A DNA stretch of 64,000 nucleotides from Candidatus Multivoradales bacterium (GCA_965223325.1 CBDCWI010000001.1:1-64000), one strand, 5' to 3'. Positions 1 through 8,466 are shown, counted from the stretch's first letter. Notes: generated by a model not told the origin, from the letters alone. A program made the numbers and translations.

Positions 1-429
1 CGAACCCCCTACCACTCCCTCCACGAGTGGCAGCCAAGCCACCAGGTCGTCGCCTTGACTTATCCGCACATCGGCGATGCACGACCAATGATGGTCCGAC
101 AGCGAGCGAGCGCGGTTATCGCTAGAGAACGACACCAGCTCAACACCACCCACGCCAACAGCCCGCAGGGGAGGCATGGTCCCGTCTGGCGCTGGAAAGT
201 GGAATCCCTCGAGCGTTGGCATGCCATCGAAATAGTTGGCGTACCTCCCACTAGCCTGGCGAACGGCACAGACGTGGTGCCACCCGTCCCCTACCCTTTG
301 CCAGAACTCGAGTTTCAAGGCAGGGCTCCCAACCGGCGGCTTAGCCTCAACTTGCCCCATCGGCAGATACTCAGCCAGGGGCAAGAGCGCTGCCAGGGCC
401 AGCGAGCGAAGGAAGCTACGACGCTTCAG
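1..429 (-). CDS. Phage protein with a twin-arginine-like signal (3' end outside window; full copy at 46695-47138)
   Basis: In-frame CTG overlaps the upstream TGA (CTGA) and gives (M)KRRSFLRSLALAALLP. Confidence 0.5.
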   Translation of the reverse strand, partial: MKRRSFLRSLALAALLPLAEYLPMGQVEAKPPVGSPALKLEFWQRVGDGWHHVCAVRQASGRYANYFDGMPTLEGFHFPAPDGTMPPLRAVGVGGVELVSFSSDNRARSLSDHHWSCIADVRISQGDDLVAWLPLVEGVVGGS

Positions 430-686
430 TCGATTGATCCACCATACAGGGACGGCCTTCGGGTGAGTTCCTGCCCTACTACCTGTTCCACCCTGCGGTG
501 CAGTGCCTCACCGAAATCCGCACGATCGACCGGCGACTCGTCGAGGTCAACGACAACCACCTGTCCATCAAGGTGTTGGTCACATTGTTCGCAACTCACC
601 CACGCGCGTCGGCATCCGGCTTGAACGTCGATCACAGCGAGGAGTCGGTGGCCGGCGGCACTCTCTAGTCTTAGCAGCTCACTCAT
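426..686 (-). CDS. Hypothetical phage protein (CxxC)
   Basis: ATG (MSELLR) 10 nt after the HNH stop; tightly packed in the late-strand operon. Confidence 0.6.
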   Translation of the reverse strand: MSELLRLESAAGHRLLAVIDVQAGCRRAWVSCEQCDQHLDGQVVVVDLDESPVDRADFGEALHRRVEQVVGQELTRRPSLYGGSID

Positions 687-696
687 GGCCCCAATC

Positions 697-987
697 CTAC
701 CCCGGGTAGAACGCCCGGTCACGCCGGCCCAGGTTGCAGGGCTTGCACGTACCCCGAAGGTTGTCCTGGGCGTTGGTGCCGCCCTCTGAGACGGGGACGA
801 TGTGGTCCACCTGGGCGCTGGGTGCCAGGCCGCAGATGCAGCAGATGGGGTCCCGGCGCAGGATCGCTGCGCGGAGTGTGCGCCAGGCACGGGTGGAGCC
901 GCGGCGGCGGCCTACTCCTTGAACGGGTAGTCCTCTATCGCAACCTGACTGAACACATGCCTGTCGAGCGTTGTGTCGAACTCGCAT
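697..987 (-). CDS. HNH endonuclease (terminase-associated type)
   Basis: RDPICCICG..VDHIVP..GG.N..NLRGTCKPCN motif; lies upstream of cos/terS; start uncertain and overlaps the upstream gene. Confidence 0.85.
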   Translation of the reverse strand: MRVRHNARQACVQSGCDRGLPVQGVGRRRGSTRAWRTLRAAILRRDPICCICGLAPSAQVDHIVPVSEGGTNAQDNLRGTCKPCNLGRRDRAFYPG

Positions 988-1595
988 ATAGCGCAGCGGG
1001 TCTTGGTTAGGATGTCGCGAAAGACGATTCCGAACTCTCCCCGGCGATTGCCAGCGAGCTTGCACCTAACGTGCGGCGACTCCGATTTTCCAGGCATGAA
1101 GGTCCTCGCCTTGAGTTCCTCCACGACGCACCGCTGTACCCCAGCTCTGTGGCGGTCGACAAGCTCGACAAACTCGATGACCTCCACCCCGCCCGGTCCC
1201 TTGTTGACGAGAAGGAACTCCACCGTCTCGGCCGCCGCCCCTCCAATGGCCTTCTTCGGCCTGAAGTACGGCTGGTACTGCGCCTCGGTCAACTTTCTGG
1301 CCTGCTTCATCTCGAAGCGCTGCTCCCTGATCTCCTCCTTCTGGAGACTCAGTGACCCCCAGAGCAGTGCGAAGGCCAGGCCCGAGAACAGGACTCCAAG
1401 GGCGCCGAACGCGTCTCCGTAGAGGGCTCTCGTCGCGATGTCGTCGCTAACCGGTGCAACACCGGGCAGGAACAAGAAGAAGGCCCACAGGAGCCACAGG
1501 ACTACGACGAAGATCAGGACGTTCTTGAGGGACAGTACCCGCTCCAGCTTCGAGGCTCCCTGCTCGTCCTCCCTCTTGTCAGCGCTCGACTTCAT
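912..1595 (-). CDS. Membrane protein, 2 TM plus coiled coil (moron; N-terminus like putative phage Abi proteins)
   Basis: YGDAFGALGVLFSGLAF..LSLQKEEI motif after a TM helix; ATGA overlap with the upstream gene. Confidence 0.7.
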   Translation of the reverse strand: MKSSADKREDEQGASKLERVLSLKNVLIFVVVLWLLWAFFLFLPGVAPVSDDIATRALYGDAFGALGVLFSGLAFALLWGSLSLQKEEIREQRFEMKQARKLTEAQYQPYFRPKKAIGGAAAETVEFLLVNKGPGGVEVIEFVELVDRHRAGVQRCVVEELKARTFMPGKSESPHVRCKLAGNRRGEFGIVFRDILTKTRCAICEFDTTLDRHVFSQVAIEDYPFKE

Positions 1596-2110
1596 ATCGG
1601 TTTGACGGCCTGGAACTTCGCCAGGTTGTCGCCCTTCAGCGTCCAGGGTGGGAGGCGGGCCCTCGAGGTCTCCACCTGAACGACGATCGACTCGGCAGCT
1701 GCGAGGACTCGCTCCCAGGTAGAGAGCCCAAGCGAGCAAAGATGCACCTCGAGATCTATCGTCTGAATCTCGGAAAAGGAGCAGTCTTTGAAGATCGTTG
1801 GGGCACCGCCATCGATCGCCATCGCCACCGCGAGGACCTTCGCTGAACCAGGCCCTCCGCCGATCTTGACTAGCACGCCGTAGAGATCTTTGCCGTCTGC
1901 CCTGAGGGCCATTGATGCCGTCAGCAGTTCGTCGCGGTTGAGCTGAAAGGCGTCAGGGCCACCGCTGGCCATGACCCAGTCGCCCTGAAGTTGCCGCGCA
2001 ACGCCTGCTTCGGCGAAGAGGTCCTCCTGTGTTGCCGAGGGCTGCGCGCTGAACAGTAGGACGCCGAGAACTGCAAGGCCTTGAGCCCAAAGGGGTTTAC
2101 CCGTTTTCAT
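1592..2110 (-). CDS. Exported protein with Sec signal peptide (moron)
   Basis: MKTGKPLWAQGLAVLGVLLFSAQPSA signal; AAGGA upstream; directly downstream of cI. Confidence 0.7.
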   Translation of the reverse strand: MKTGKPLWAQGLAVLGVLLFSAQPSATQEDLFAEAGVARQLQGDWVMASGGPDAFQLNRDELLTASMALRADGKDLYGVLVKIGGGPGSAKVLAVAMAIDGGAPTIFKDCSFSEIQTIDLEVHLCSLGLSTWERVLAAAESIVVQVETSRARLPPWTLKGDNLAKFQAVKPI

Positions 2111-2364
2111 CGTTTTTATCGTCCTTCGAGCTGCGGAATCGTGCTCGTAATGCTAAGGTCTCGACTCATCCAGGATATGTCTTCTGCGCATTTCTTCCTA
2201 TCTCTCTGCTGCTTGCTTGTTCCGGTCCGAAAACCCCAAACTACTCAGATTTCTCGAGGCACGGCACATCATGGCGGTAAGAGCGAAGACCTGGAAGGAG
2301 GTGGCCGGACTGGTCACTGCCCTGAGCAAGCTACAAGCTTTTGAGGGCAACGACGGAAAGGCGA

Positions 2365-2691
2365 TCATTCGGCGATGCTCTCGGCGTGCTGACGACGAGC
2401 CATCTTCTCCACAGCATCCCGAATCTCGCGAATCGTCAGCGCCAAGTCCTCATCGGAGGGCGCATAGCCCATAACGACCGCCAGGTCGCCGATGTCCGCT
2501 CCCATCGCGTGGAGTAGACGAAAAAGCACGTCGACGGTCATACCCGATCGACCATGCTCATACTTGGAGAGGTTGGCTGGCGGAACTCCCGCCAGCTCAG
2601 CGACTTGCCGCTGACTGCGGGACGCGCGCAGATGCGTAAGGGCCTCCCCCAAGGCCAAATTCAGCTCGTTCCCCGAGAGCATCTTGGTCAT
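2365..2691 (-). CDS. CI-like XRE HTH repressor (no peptidase domain)
   Basis: SQRQVAELAGVPPANLSKYEHGR HTH; divergent from the cro-like gene. Confidence 0.85.
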   Translation of the reverse strand: MTKMLSGNELNLALGEALTHLRASRSQRQVAELAGVPPANLSKYEHGRSGMTVDVLFRLLHAMGADIGDLAVVMGYAPSDEDLALTIREIRDAVEKMARRQHAESIAE

Positions 2692-2786
2692 ACGACCAAG
2701 TCTAGTCTCTGGGGAACCAACCCACCAACGTTGATATCGCCAACTATGGTGTTGACATCGCCATCGCCTCAATCTAAGATGGCGGT
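2692..2786. promoter_or_regulatory. Divergent cI/cro switch promoters
   Basis: Plus strand TTGACA(2752)-17-TAAGAT(2775) ends 6 nt before the cro ATG; minus strand TAGACT lies 7 nt before the cI ATG. Confidence 0.75.
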
Positions 2787-3032
2787 ATGGACACGAATCT
2801 AGTTGATCTCGACACCATACCCGCAAACGAGCGGCTCCGAGTATGGAGGGCTCTTGAACGCTTGACCCTCATCGAGGCCGGCGAACGGTTGAGTTGTGAC
2901 CGGGCCAATCTGAGTCGATACGAGTGCGCGCGAACGAGGCCCTCGCTCGAAACCGCGGCCCGAATCGAAGCCGCGACAGGCATCCCGGTCCGGGCCTGGC
3001 TAGACGTTGAGCTACAGAAGCGAACGGCCTGA
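2787..3032 (+). CDS. Cro-like XRE HTH regulator
   Basis: LTLIEAGERLSCDRANLSRYECARTRPSLETAARIE HTH; first gene of the early operon. Confidence 0.85.
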   Translation: MDTNLVDLDTIPANERLRVWRALERLTLIEAGERLSCDRANLSRYECARTRPSLETAARIEAATGIPVRAWLDVELQKRTA

Positions 3033-3053
3033 GGTGCTGACACACCTCAGGCC
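3026..3053 (+). promoter_or_regulatory. Strong hairpin over the cro stop codon (terminator/attenuator candidate)
   Basis: GGCCTGAGGTG-ctgaca-CACCTCAGGCC, 11-bp perfect stem, no U-tract. Confidence 0.45.
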
Positions 3054-3103
3054 GGTCTGAATCCGAAGAACCACCAGTTGGATAAACGAAGGAGGGCTCC
3101 CGA

Positions 3104-3322
3104 ATGAACCAACGATACCAAACCCACCCCAGGCGGAAGGAAACCACAGTGGTTGTCTGTCCCCACGGATGCGGCCGCGCAAGGCGAAAGAACGGCACCT
3201 GGACGGCGGTCACCGCGACCGCGATCGAGAACCTGCGCCGCAGCGCCCGGCGGGGCCTCATCTGCACCAGTGACTGCCCCTGTCCCGACTGTGTTCGCCA
3301 CCTCTACCGGACGGCAGCATGA
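3104..3322 (+). CDS. Small Cys-rich hypothetical protein
   Basis: AAGGAGG RBS; CPHGC and CxxxCPCPDC; ATGA coupling to the next gene. Confidence 0.7.
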   Translation: MNQRYQTHPRRKETTVVVCPHGCGRARRKNGTWTAVTATAIENLRRSARRGLICTSDCPCPDCVRHLYRTAA

Positions 3323-3624
3323 TGACGGCGCCAGAGCTGGTCTTCTCGCCCGAGGAGCTTCTCCGTGTTGCGGCACGGAGCGCTACCGCTCCAACGAAGC
3401 AGCAGCCATCATCAGCCGACTCCGTGCACATTGGTGAGCTCGTGTGGCTCCTGGTCGGTAACTGGTGGTACCGGGGCATCATCGAGAGTCTTGAAGTCGG
3501 CGCCGCCGGCGCGTGTCGAGTTGCCTTCGTCAAGCCTGAGGACGACGACGAGGCGCTCCGGACGCATCAGATGTTCCGCTACCTCGACGAGCTGCGGATC
3601 GACCCGAAGGAGGTGCCCGAATGA
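3319..3624 (+). CDS. Hypothetical protein (SH3/Tudor-like C-terminus)
   Basis: Coupled start and stop; IGELVW..WYRGIIE..CRVAF beta pattern. Confidence 0.65.
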   Translation: MMTAPELVFSPEELLRVAARSATAPTKQQPSSADSVHIGELVWLLVGNWWYRGIIESLEVGAAGACRVAFVKPEDDDEALRTHQMFRYLDELRIDPKEVPE

Positions 3625-4265
3625 TGGACTTCTGGCTTGCGGCCTTCGTCTTCATCGCCGGCCTCGTCACAGGCGGAGTCGGCGTCTACTACCCCGCCTA
3701 CCATCGCGGGCTCGTCTCTGGGCGGGAGATCTGGCAGGGGAAGATCCGGCGCGCCAGACAGCGCCAGCATGGCGCCCTGGTGGGTCTTCTGATCCTCTTC
3801 ATCCTCCCCGCCGTTGCCGACGCACAACTGTCGCGCAACCACATCGTCGAACTCGGAATTCGATCGTGTGACCCCTCCGCCGCGAACTGCCTGGCCGATG
3901 GGCGCTGGGAAGTGATCGTGATCGAGAACCCGACGAACCTCATGACGGAGTCCTTCCGCTCGGCGACCTACCAGGCGCTGGAAACGAAGCCGCTCGAGGC
4001 GGGTGGCGTGCATGCGGTGGCCTGGGAGTCAGGGCCCCTGCAGCCGGTCGGGATGGTGTCCATCACGGACGACTGCGCGCGCACCGGTTTCGTGCGGGTG
4101 CGGATCGCCGGCGCCACGTTTCGTGCGACAGAGATCCACGTGGTCGACAACGAGACGTCGCTGCTCCGGACGTACTTCGGCTACGCCGCGGGCGAGCACG
4201 GTCGTTGGTCCACGGCTCCGCCTGTGTTTCGCGACGCCGAAGCGTTGCCTTGTGCCCCAAATTGA
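3621..4265 (+). CDS. Membrane-anchored or exported protein with a host-like CxxxxxxCLxxGR domain
   Basis: AAGGAGG RBS; two hydrophobic segments, the second ending AVADA; 4 Cys in the mature part. Confidence 0.7.
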   Translation: MMDFWLAAFVFIAGLVTGGVGVYYPAYHRGLVSGREIWQGKIRRARQRQHGALVGLLILFILPAVADAQLSRNHIVELGIRSCDPSAANCLADGRWEVIVIENPTNLMTESFRSATYQALETKPLEAGGVHAVAWESGPLQPVGMVSITDDCARTGFVRVRIAGATFRATEIHVVDNETSLLRTYFGYAAGEHGRWSTAPPVFRDAEALPCAPN

Positions 4266-4291
4266 AATCCGAAACCGAAAGGAACCGCACC

Positions 4292-4666
4292 GTGCCCGGA
4301 AGATGGTCCCACCTGTACGACAGCAAGTATCTGAACTCCGATGACCTCGCCCAGGAGTACACCACCGTTCGCATCGAGTCGGTCGGCCCCGAGATGATCT
4401 ACCAGGGCCACGGAAAGCCAGACGAGGAGCTTCTATGCCTCTCCTTTGCCGGGACCAGAAAGCGACTCGTGCTGAGAAAGACCACCTACTACCAGCTGGT
4501 CGACCTGCTTGGCGAGATCGAAGACGAGTGGGTTGGCCAGAAGGTCCGGCTGTGGAAGACCAAGGTCAAGGCGTTTGGAGAGATGGTCTGGGCGATCCGG
4601 TTCAAGGGTGTTGCCGCGGGAGAAGATCCGCCCAGGCCGGAACCTGAGCCGCGAGGTCGCGAGTGA
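4292..4666 (+). CDS. Putative phage ssDNA-binding/OB-fold protein
   Basis: GTG after AAAGGA; SKYLNSDDL..TVRIESV..L.F..TRKRLVL.KT..W.GQKVRL pattern typical of the SKYLxAxDL phage family. Confidence 0.65.
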   Translation: MPGRWSHLYDSKYLNSDDLAQEYTTVRIESVGPEMIYQGHGKPDEELLCLSFAGTRKRLVLRKTTYYQLVDLLGEIEDEWVGQKVRLWKTKVKAFGEMVWAIRFKGVAAGEDPPRPEPEPRGRE

Positions 4667-4992
4667 TGCAACAGAGCAAGCTCGTTCTAACCGCCCCGAT
4701 CGTCCACCGCACCGACCCCCTCTCGAGCTTCCAGGCGGCCGAGAAGAAGGACCGAAGCGGCACCCGTGTGAAACACGCCGAGATCGTTCTGGGCCTGGTC
4801 AAGCTCCGGCCTGGTCGGACAGCGGCGGAGCTCGCCGCCGGCACTGGAGCGATATGCGTCGACGACACGCGCCGGCTCATGGAGGTGAGGCGCAGGCTCT
4901 CTGACCTCAAAGAGGACGAGTACATCCGCCGAGGTGAGGCACGCAGGTGCTCTGTCCTCGGCTCTAACACAGCTACATGGTGGCCTTTATGA
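4663..4992 (+). CDS. Winged-HTH DNA-binding protein
   Basis: RTDPLSSFQAA N-terminus, PGRTAAELA, RRLSDL; common phage early protein. Confidence 0.7.
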   Translation: MMQQSKLVLTAPIVHRTDPLSSFQAAEKKDRSGTRVKHAEIVLGLVKLRPGRTAAELAAGTGAICVDDTRRLMEVRRRLSDLKEDEYIRRGEARRCSVLGSNTATWWPL

Positions 4993-5327
4993 CCCAGACA
5001 ATCGACAATCTCCCGACTCTCGACACCATCATGGAGGGTGCGCTCCTCGACCGCTTCCAGTCAGCGCTCCTAACCGTGCTGGCGAACATCGACGACCCGA
5101 ACACCGAGCACGGCTCGATTCGGAAGATCAAGATGATCGTGTCGTTCAAGCCGGATGCCGAACGCGTCGCACCCAAGATGAAGATCTCGGTCGACACCGT
5201 GCTAGCCCCAGACGCCCCGCTGGAGCGGACTGTCTTCGCTGGTACCGAGAAGGGCCAGTACGTGATGTACGACCACAATCCCAACCAGTTGCGCCTGGGT
5301 GTCGATGACACCTCGGGATCAAACTGA
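4989..5327 (+). CDS. Conserved phage protein (first of a gene pair)
   Basis: EGALLDRF..VLANIDDPNT..RKI.M.V.FKP motif; ATGA overlap. Confidence 0.7.
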   Translation: MTQTIDNLPTLDTIMEGALLDRFQSALLTVLANIDDPNTEHGSIRKIKMIVSFKPDAERVAPKMKISVDTVLAPDAPLERTVFAGTEKGQYVMYDHNPNQLRLGVDDTSGSN

Positions 5328-5340
5328 GAGGAGGCCGAAG

Positions 5341-6048
5341 ATGCTTGAGAGCTTCGCGAGATTCCTTGAAGAGCGCCGAGCGCCCGCGGTCATCGAGGGC
5401 ACCGAGTTTTTCACTGCCCAGCCCTGGCGAGCCCCTGGTCCGCCGGCGGCGTCATCTCTGGGTGTGTCAACCCTCACGGCCGTAACTAGCTACTTGAGAG
5501 ACAACCGAGACGCTCTTGACCTCAAGAAGGCGGTCTTCGCTCACATCGAGTCCCCGAACCAGGTCTCGATCGTCGGAACCCTGAGGGGTGATCGAACGCG
5601 TGAGGAGTTTCTGATTGCAAAGTGCTCTGATCTCGCCGACGACCTCCTGGGCCGCTGGCGGCCTCGTGAGGAGTTCCAGATCCAGCTTATGACCCGGTTC
5701 GCTCCGAACGATCAGCTCGACGAGCTCGTCAAGCTCGTTGGCAACATCCACTCCGGCGCCACACGAAAGGTCACTGATGACGGGGTATCGCAAGAGGTCA
5801 CAGTCCAGAAAACAGTTGGCTCTGTCGAGCGCAGAAAGCTGGGCGGCCGATTCTCTCTACGCCCCCACCGCAGCTTCCCGGAAATCGAGCCGACTGAACA
5901 GGTATTCCTGTTTCGGATCAAGGACACGGGCACAGACATCTCCTGCTGTCTGTTTGAAGCCGACGGCGGTCGGTGGAAGGTCCCGGCGATCGCGGCGATC
6001 GCGGAATACCTCGTCGAGAGCGGGCTCCCGGTCCCCGTCATTGGATGA
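5341..6048 (+). CDS. Conserved phage protein (second of the pair)
   Basis: GAGGAGG RBS; DDGVSQEVTV..LRPHRSFPEIE..LFEADGGRWK motifs. Confidence 0.75.
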   Translation: MLESFARFLEERRAPAVIEGTEFFTAQPWRAPGPPAASSLGVSTLTAVTSYLRDNRDALDLKKAVFAHIESPNQVSIVGTLRGDRTREEFLIAKCSDLADDLLGRWRPREEFQIQLMTRFAPNDQLDELVKLVGNIHSGATRKVTDDGVSQEVTVQKTVGSVERRKLGGRFSLRPHRSFPEIEPTEQVFLFRIKDTGTDISCCLFEADGGRWKVPAIAAIAEYLVESGLPVPVIG

Positions 6049-6293
6049 GTGGCTCCGCCTACAACCCCAGCCAGGACGAGAGCCCTGGCATCGTGCGGGG
6101 TAAGCACCGGATCACTCGGGGGCTCTACTACGAGCAGGGTGTCATGCAGCGAATGGTCAAGATCGTCGGCCGCAGCGGCGAGACGTCTGGCTGTGGCCGG
6201 TTCGAGACCTGCAAGGTCGAGATCGAGCCCGGGGTGCTGGCGGACCGCCAGGTGCTGGTGAACTCGATCATCACCTCGAGGAGTATGTCTTGA
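6045..6293 (+). CDS. Hypothetical protein
   Basis: 4-nt overlaps at both ends. Confidence 0.55.
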   Translation: MSGSAYNPSQDESPGIVRGKHRITRGLYYEQGVMQRMVKIVGRSGETSGCGRFETCKVEIEPGVLADRQVLVNSIITSRSMS

Positions 6294-7339
6294 GTGACCG
6301 CGACCGTGGCATCTATCGGCGGGTCTTCGTGAGGATCTGGAACCATCCGACGTTCATAGGTTTCGAGAACGACGCCCGGCTCCTGTTCCTCATGTTCATG
6401 ACCCACCCGAAAATGACTCGGCTCGGGGTGATGGAGATGGCCCTGTCCACCATGTGCCGCCAGGCGAAGCTCTCGAAGTCCGGGCTCGAGAGTGCACTGG
6501 CCGAACTCGAGGGCTCAGGTTGGGCCGAGTGGGACGAGGAAAACGAGCTTGTTCGGCTCCCGCGTTTCCTCGAACACAACCCCCCCGAGAACCCCAACGT
6601 CGCGAAGAGTCTGGGTCACATTCTTGACTCGCTTCCCCGGGTCGACCTGGTGTTCCGGCAGCTGAAGACTGCCGCGGAAGCCTTTCAGAATCTCTCGGAG
6701 CCGACCTCTCGCGCCTTCGCAAACGCCCTGCCAGGCTGGGCCCGAAAGGCTTTGCCCAACCCTTTAGAAAAGCCTTTGCCAGACCCTTCCGGAGACCCTT
6801 CACCAAAGCCTATGGCAAATAGGGAAGAGGGAAGAGGGATAAGGGATAAGGGAAGAGGGAAGAGGGAAGAGGGATTCCGGAGGGGCTCCCCCGAGGACGA
6901 AGAACAATTTCTAGACAGTGAATACTCGGAGAGTCTGGATTCGCTTCTCGGCCTGTGGCCCGAGCCACACCGGCCGATGTCGCCGGCGGCCGTCTCGAGG
7001 GTGCAGCGCGAGTTCGTGCTGGCGGCAGATGCGGCACACGGACCGCACCGGCTGACCGAGAACGGCGCGGCATATCTCGCGTTCTGCGAGATGACCGATC
7101 GGCCGGTGAGGTCGGTCCTGAACTGGGTGAAAGACCCGGAGACGTACGCAGAGGACTGGCTGGCGAAAGCTGCGGCGGCGGCGCGCAACCCACCCAAGAG
7201 CAGGGATCGAGTCACGGCGCAGTTCGAGATGGAGCAGCAGGCGATCAGGGGCAACCAACCAACACCGGAGCCGGAAATGTCGGATGAGCAGAGGGCGGCG
7301 ATAGCCGAAGCTCTTGCCGAAAGGCAGGGTGCGGCATGA
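6290..7339 (+). CDS. Phage replication initiator protein
   Basis: YRRVFVRIW.HP.F wHTH N-terminus, FLEHNPPENPN, repetitive linker with iteron-like DNA; GAGGAG RBS. Confidence 0.75.
   Translation: MSDRDRGIYRRVFVRIWNHPTFIGFENDARLLFLMFMTHPKMTRLGVMEMALSTMCRQAKLSKSGLESALAELEGSGWAEWDEENELVRLPRFLEHNPPENPNVAKSLGHILDSLPRVDLVFRQLKTAAEAFQNLSEPTSRAFANALPGWARKALPNPLEKPLPDPSGDPSPKPMANREEGRGIRDKGRGKREEGFRRGSPEDEEQFLDSEYSESLDSLLGLWPEPHRPMSPAAVSRVQREFVLAADAAHGPHRLTENGAAYLAFCEMTDRPVRSVLNWVKDPETYAEDWLAKAAAAARNPPKSRDRVTAQFEMEQQAIRGNQPTPEPEMSDEQRAAIAEALAERQGAA
6746..6876 (+). repeat. Putative phage origin: 12-bp imperfect iterons plus 8 x AGGGA(AG/TA/TT) heptamers
   Basis: AAGGCTTTGCCC/AACCCTTTAGAA/AAGCCTTTGCCA/GACCCTTCCGGA/GACCCTTCACCA/AAGCCTATGGCA, then heptamers at 6821-6876, inside the initiator gene. 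Confidence 0.6.
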
Positions 7340-7548
7340 GGCTCAACGAGTACGCCGTTTGCGTCGAGTGCGACGCCCTGGTCGAGGTTGACCGCGAGGG
7401 CGGCTGCTGGTCCTGCTGCTCGACCTCGCTGCTTCCGCTCGAGGTGCTCGCTGGGCGCGTGCGATTGGTGCCTGTCCAGGACTGGAAACGCCGGGAGCCG
7501 CTCGAGGCTGTGGGGCGCCCTGAGCTTCTTACGGAGGCGGCTTCATGA
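7336..7548 (+). CDS. Small Zn-ribbon protein
   Basis: CVEC...CWSC; ATGA coupling. Confidence 0.6.
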   Translation: MRLNEYAVCVECDALVEVDREGGCWSCCSTSLLPLEVLAGRVRLVPVQDWKRREPLEAVGRPELLTEAAS

Positions 7549-7805
7549 ACATCTCAGGAATCACCGATCTGCTCGAGCGCTGCGAGCGCGAAGGCGTGGA
7601 CGTGGCAAACGCACTTCGGGTCATGGATGACCCCATCGCAGCAGCCAAGAAGCTGGAACAGCTTCGGGCCGAGCGCGATTTTCTGAAGGGCGAGGTAGAG
7701 AACTCTCGCCGGCTCGAGGGGCTGCGCCGGCGCGAAACGGCAGCCGGTGACGCCGGCATTCTTGGGCCGGTGGTTCTTCCGCCGATTCCTGGAGGACAGG
7801 TATGA
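7545..7805 (+). CDS. Hypothetical coiled-coil protein
   Basis: GGAGG RBS; ATGA overlaps. Confidence 0.6.
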   Translation: MNISGITDLLERCEREGVDVANALRVMDDPIAAAKKLEQLRAERDFLKGEVENSRRLEGLRRRETAAGDAGILGPVVLPPIPGGQV

Positions 7806-7963
7806 AGACTGGACCTGGATGCGGCTTGCTGACTGGAGGTCTCGCGCTGGTCTGGTGCCTGGCCGATACGCGGACCGCGCTGATAACAACCCTCATGACT
7901 ATTGGCGGGGTAGCGATGGGGGCGATTGTCGCCATGCTCGCCGAGGAGGCAAAGAAGAAGTGA
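7802..7963 (+). CDS. Small 2-TM membrane protein (53 aa, not in the ORF track)
   Basis: GGAGG RBS and ATGA overlap; MKTGPGCGLLTGGLALVWCL..TIGGVAMGAIVAMLAEEAKKK. Confidence 0.55.
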   Translation: MKTGPGCGLLTGGLALVWCLADTRTALITTLMTIGGVAMGAIVAMLAEEAKKK

Positions 7964-8223
7964 GCGTTGCAGAACACATCGATCCCAACCTGCCCCCTTC
8001 TGTCGAAGAGCTCGCCCAGGAACTGAACCAGATGATCACGATCGACCAGGCTGCAGAGAAGATCTCTTGGCTGACTGATCATCAGATCCGGCATCAGGTC
8101 CGGGCGTGCAAGAAGAACGGGCTCCTAGAGTGTGGCGGCGTCTGGAGACCGCCTGGAGTGAGGAAGGTGATGATCAACTGGCCGCGCTACGTGGTGTGGC
8201 TGCGGAAGGGAGGGACGGTCTAG
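7960..8223 (+). CDS. Excisionase-like wHTH protein
   Basis: GTGA overlap; ITIDQAAE..LTDHQIR..RKVMINWPRYVVWL; near and convergent with the integrase. Confidence 0.6.
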   Translation: MSVAEHIDPNLPPSVEELAQELNQMITIDQAAEKISWLTDHQIRHQVRACKKNGLLECGGVWRPPGVRKVMINWPRYVVWLRKGGTV

Positions 8224-8466
8224 ATGGAGCAGCAGAACGAGCAGAGGGTCGCTGAATTCCTGGATGAGCTCTCGGCTCTGACGCGCAAACACAAGATTGT
8301 GATTGGAGGTTGCGGCTGCTGCGGATCACCTTTCCTCGAAGTGCTGGACGAGGAGGTTCCTGGGTCCGACCGTTACAAGGCTGACAGTGGCGACAGGGTT
8401 GGTGACCCATGGAGAGACTTGGAGCACACCTCTCAGTGCGGCGCCGCATCCCGAGCCAAATCATGA
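8224..8466 (+). CDS. Hypothetical protein (GCGCCGSP family)
   Basis: FLDELSALTRKHKIVIGGCGCCGSPFL motif seen in phage proteins. Confidence 0.6.
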   Translation: MEQQNEQRVAEFLDELSALTRKHKIVIGGCGCCGSPFLEVLDEEVPGSDRYKADSGDRVGDPWRDLEHTSQCGAASRAKS

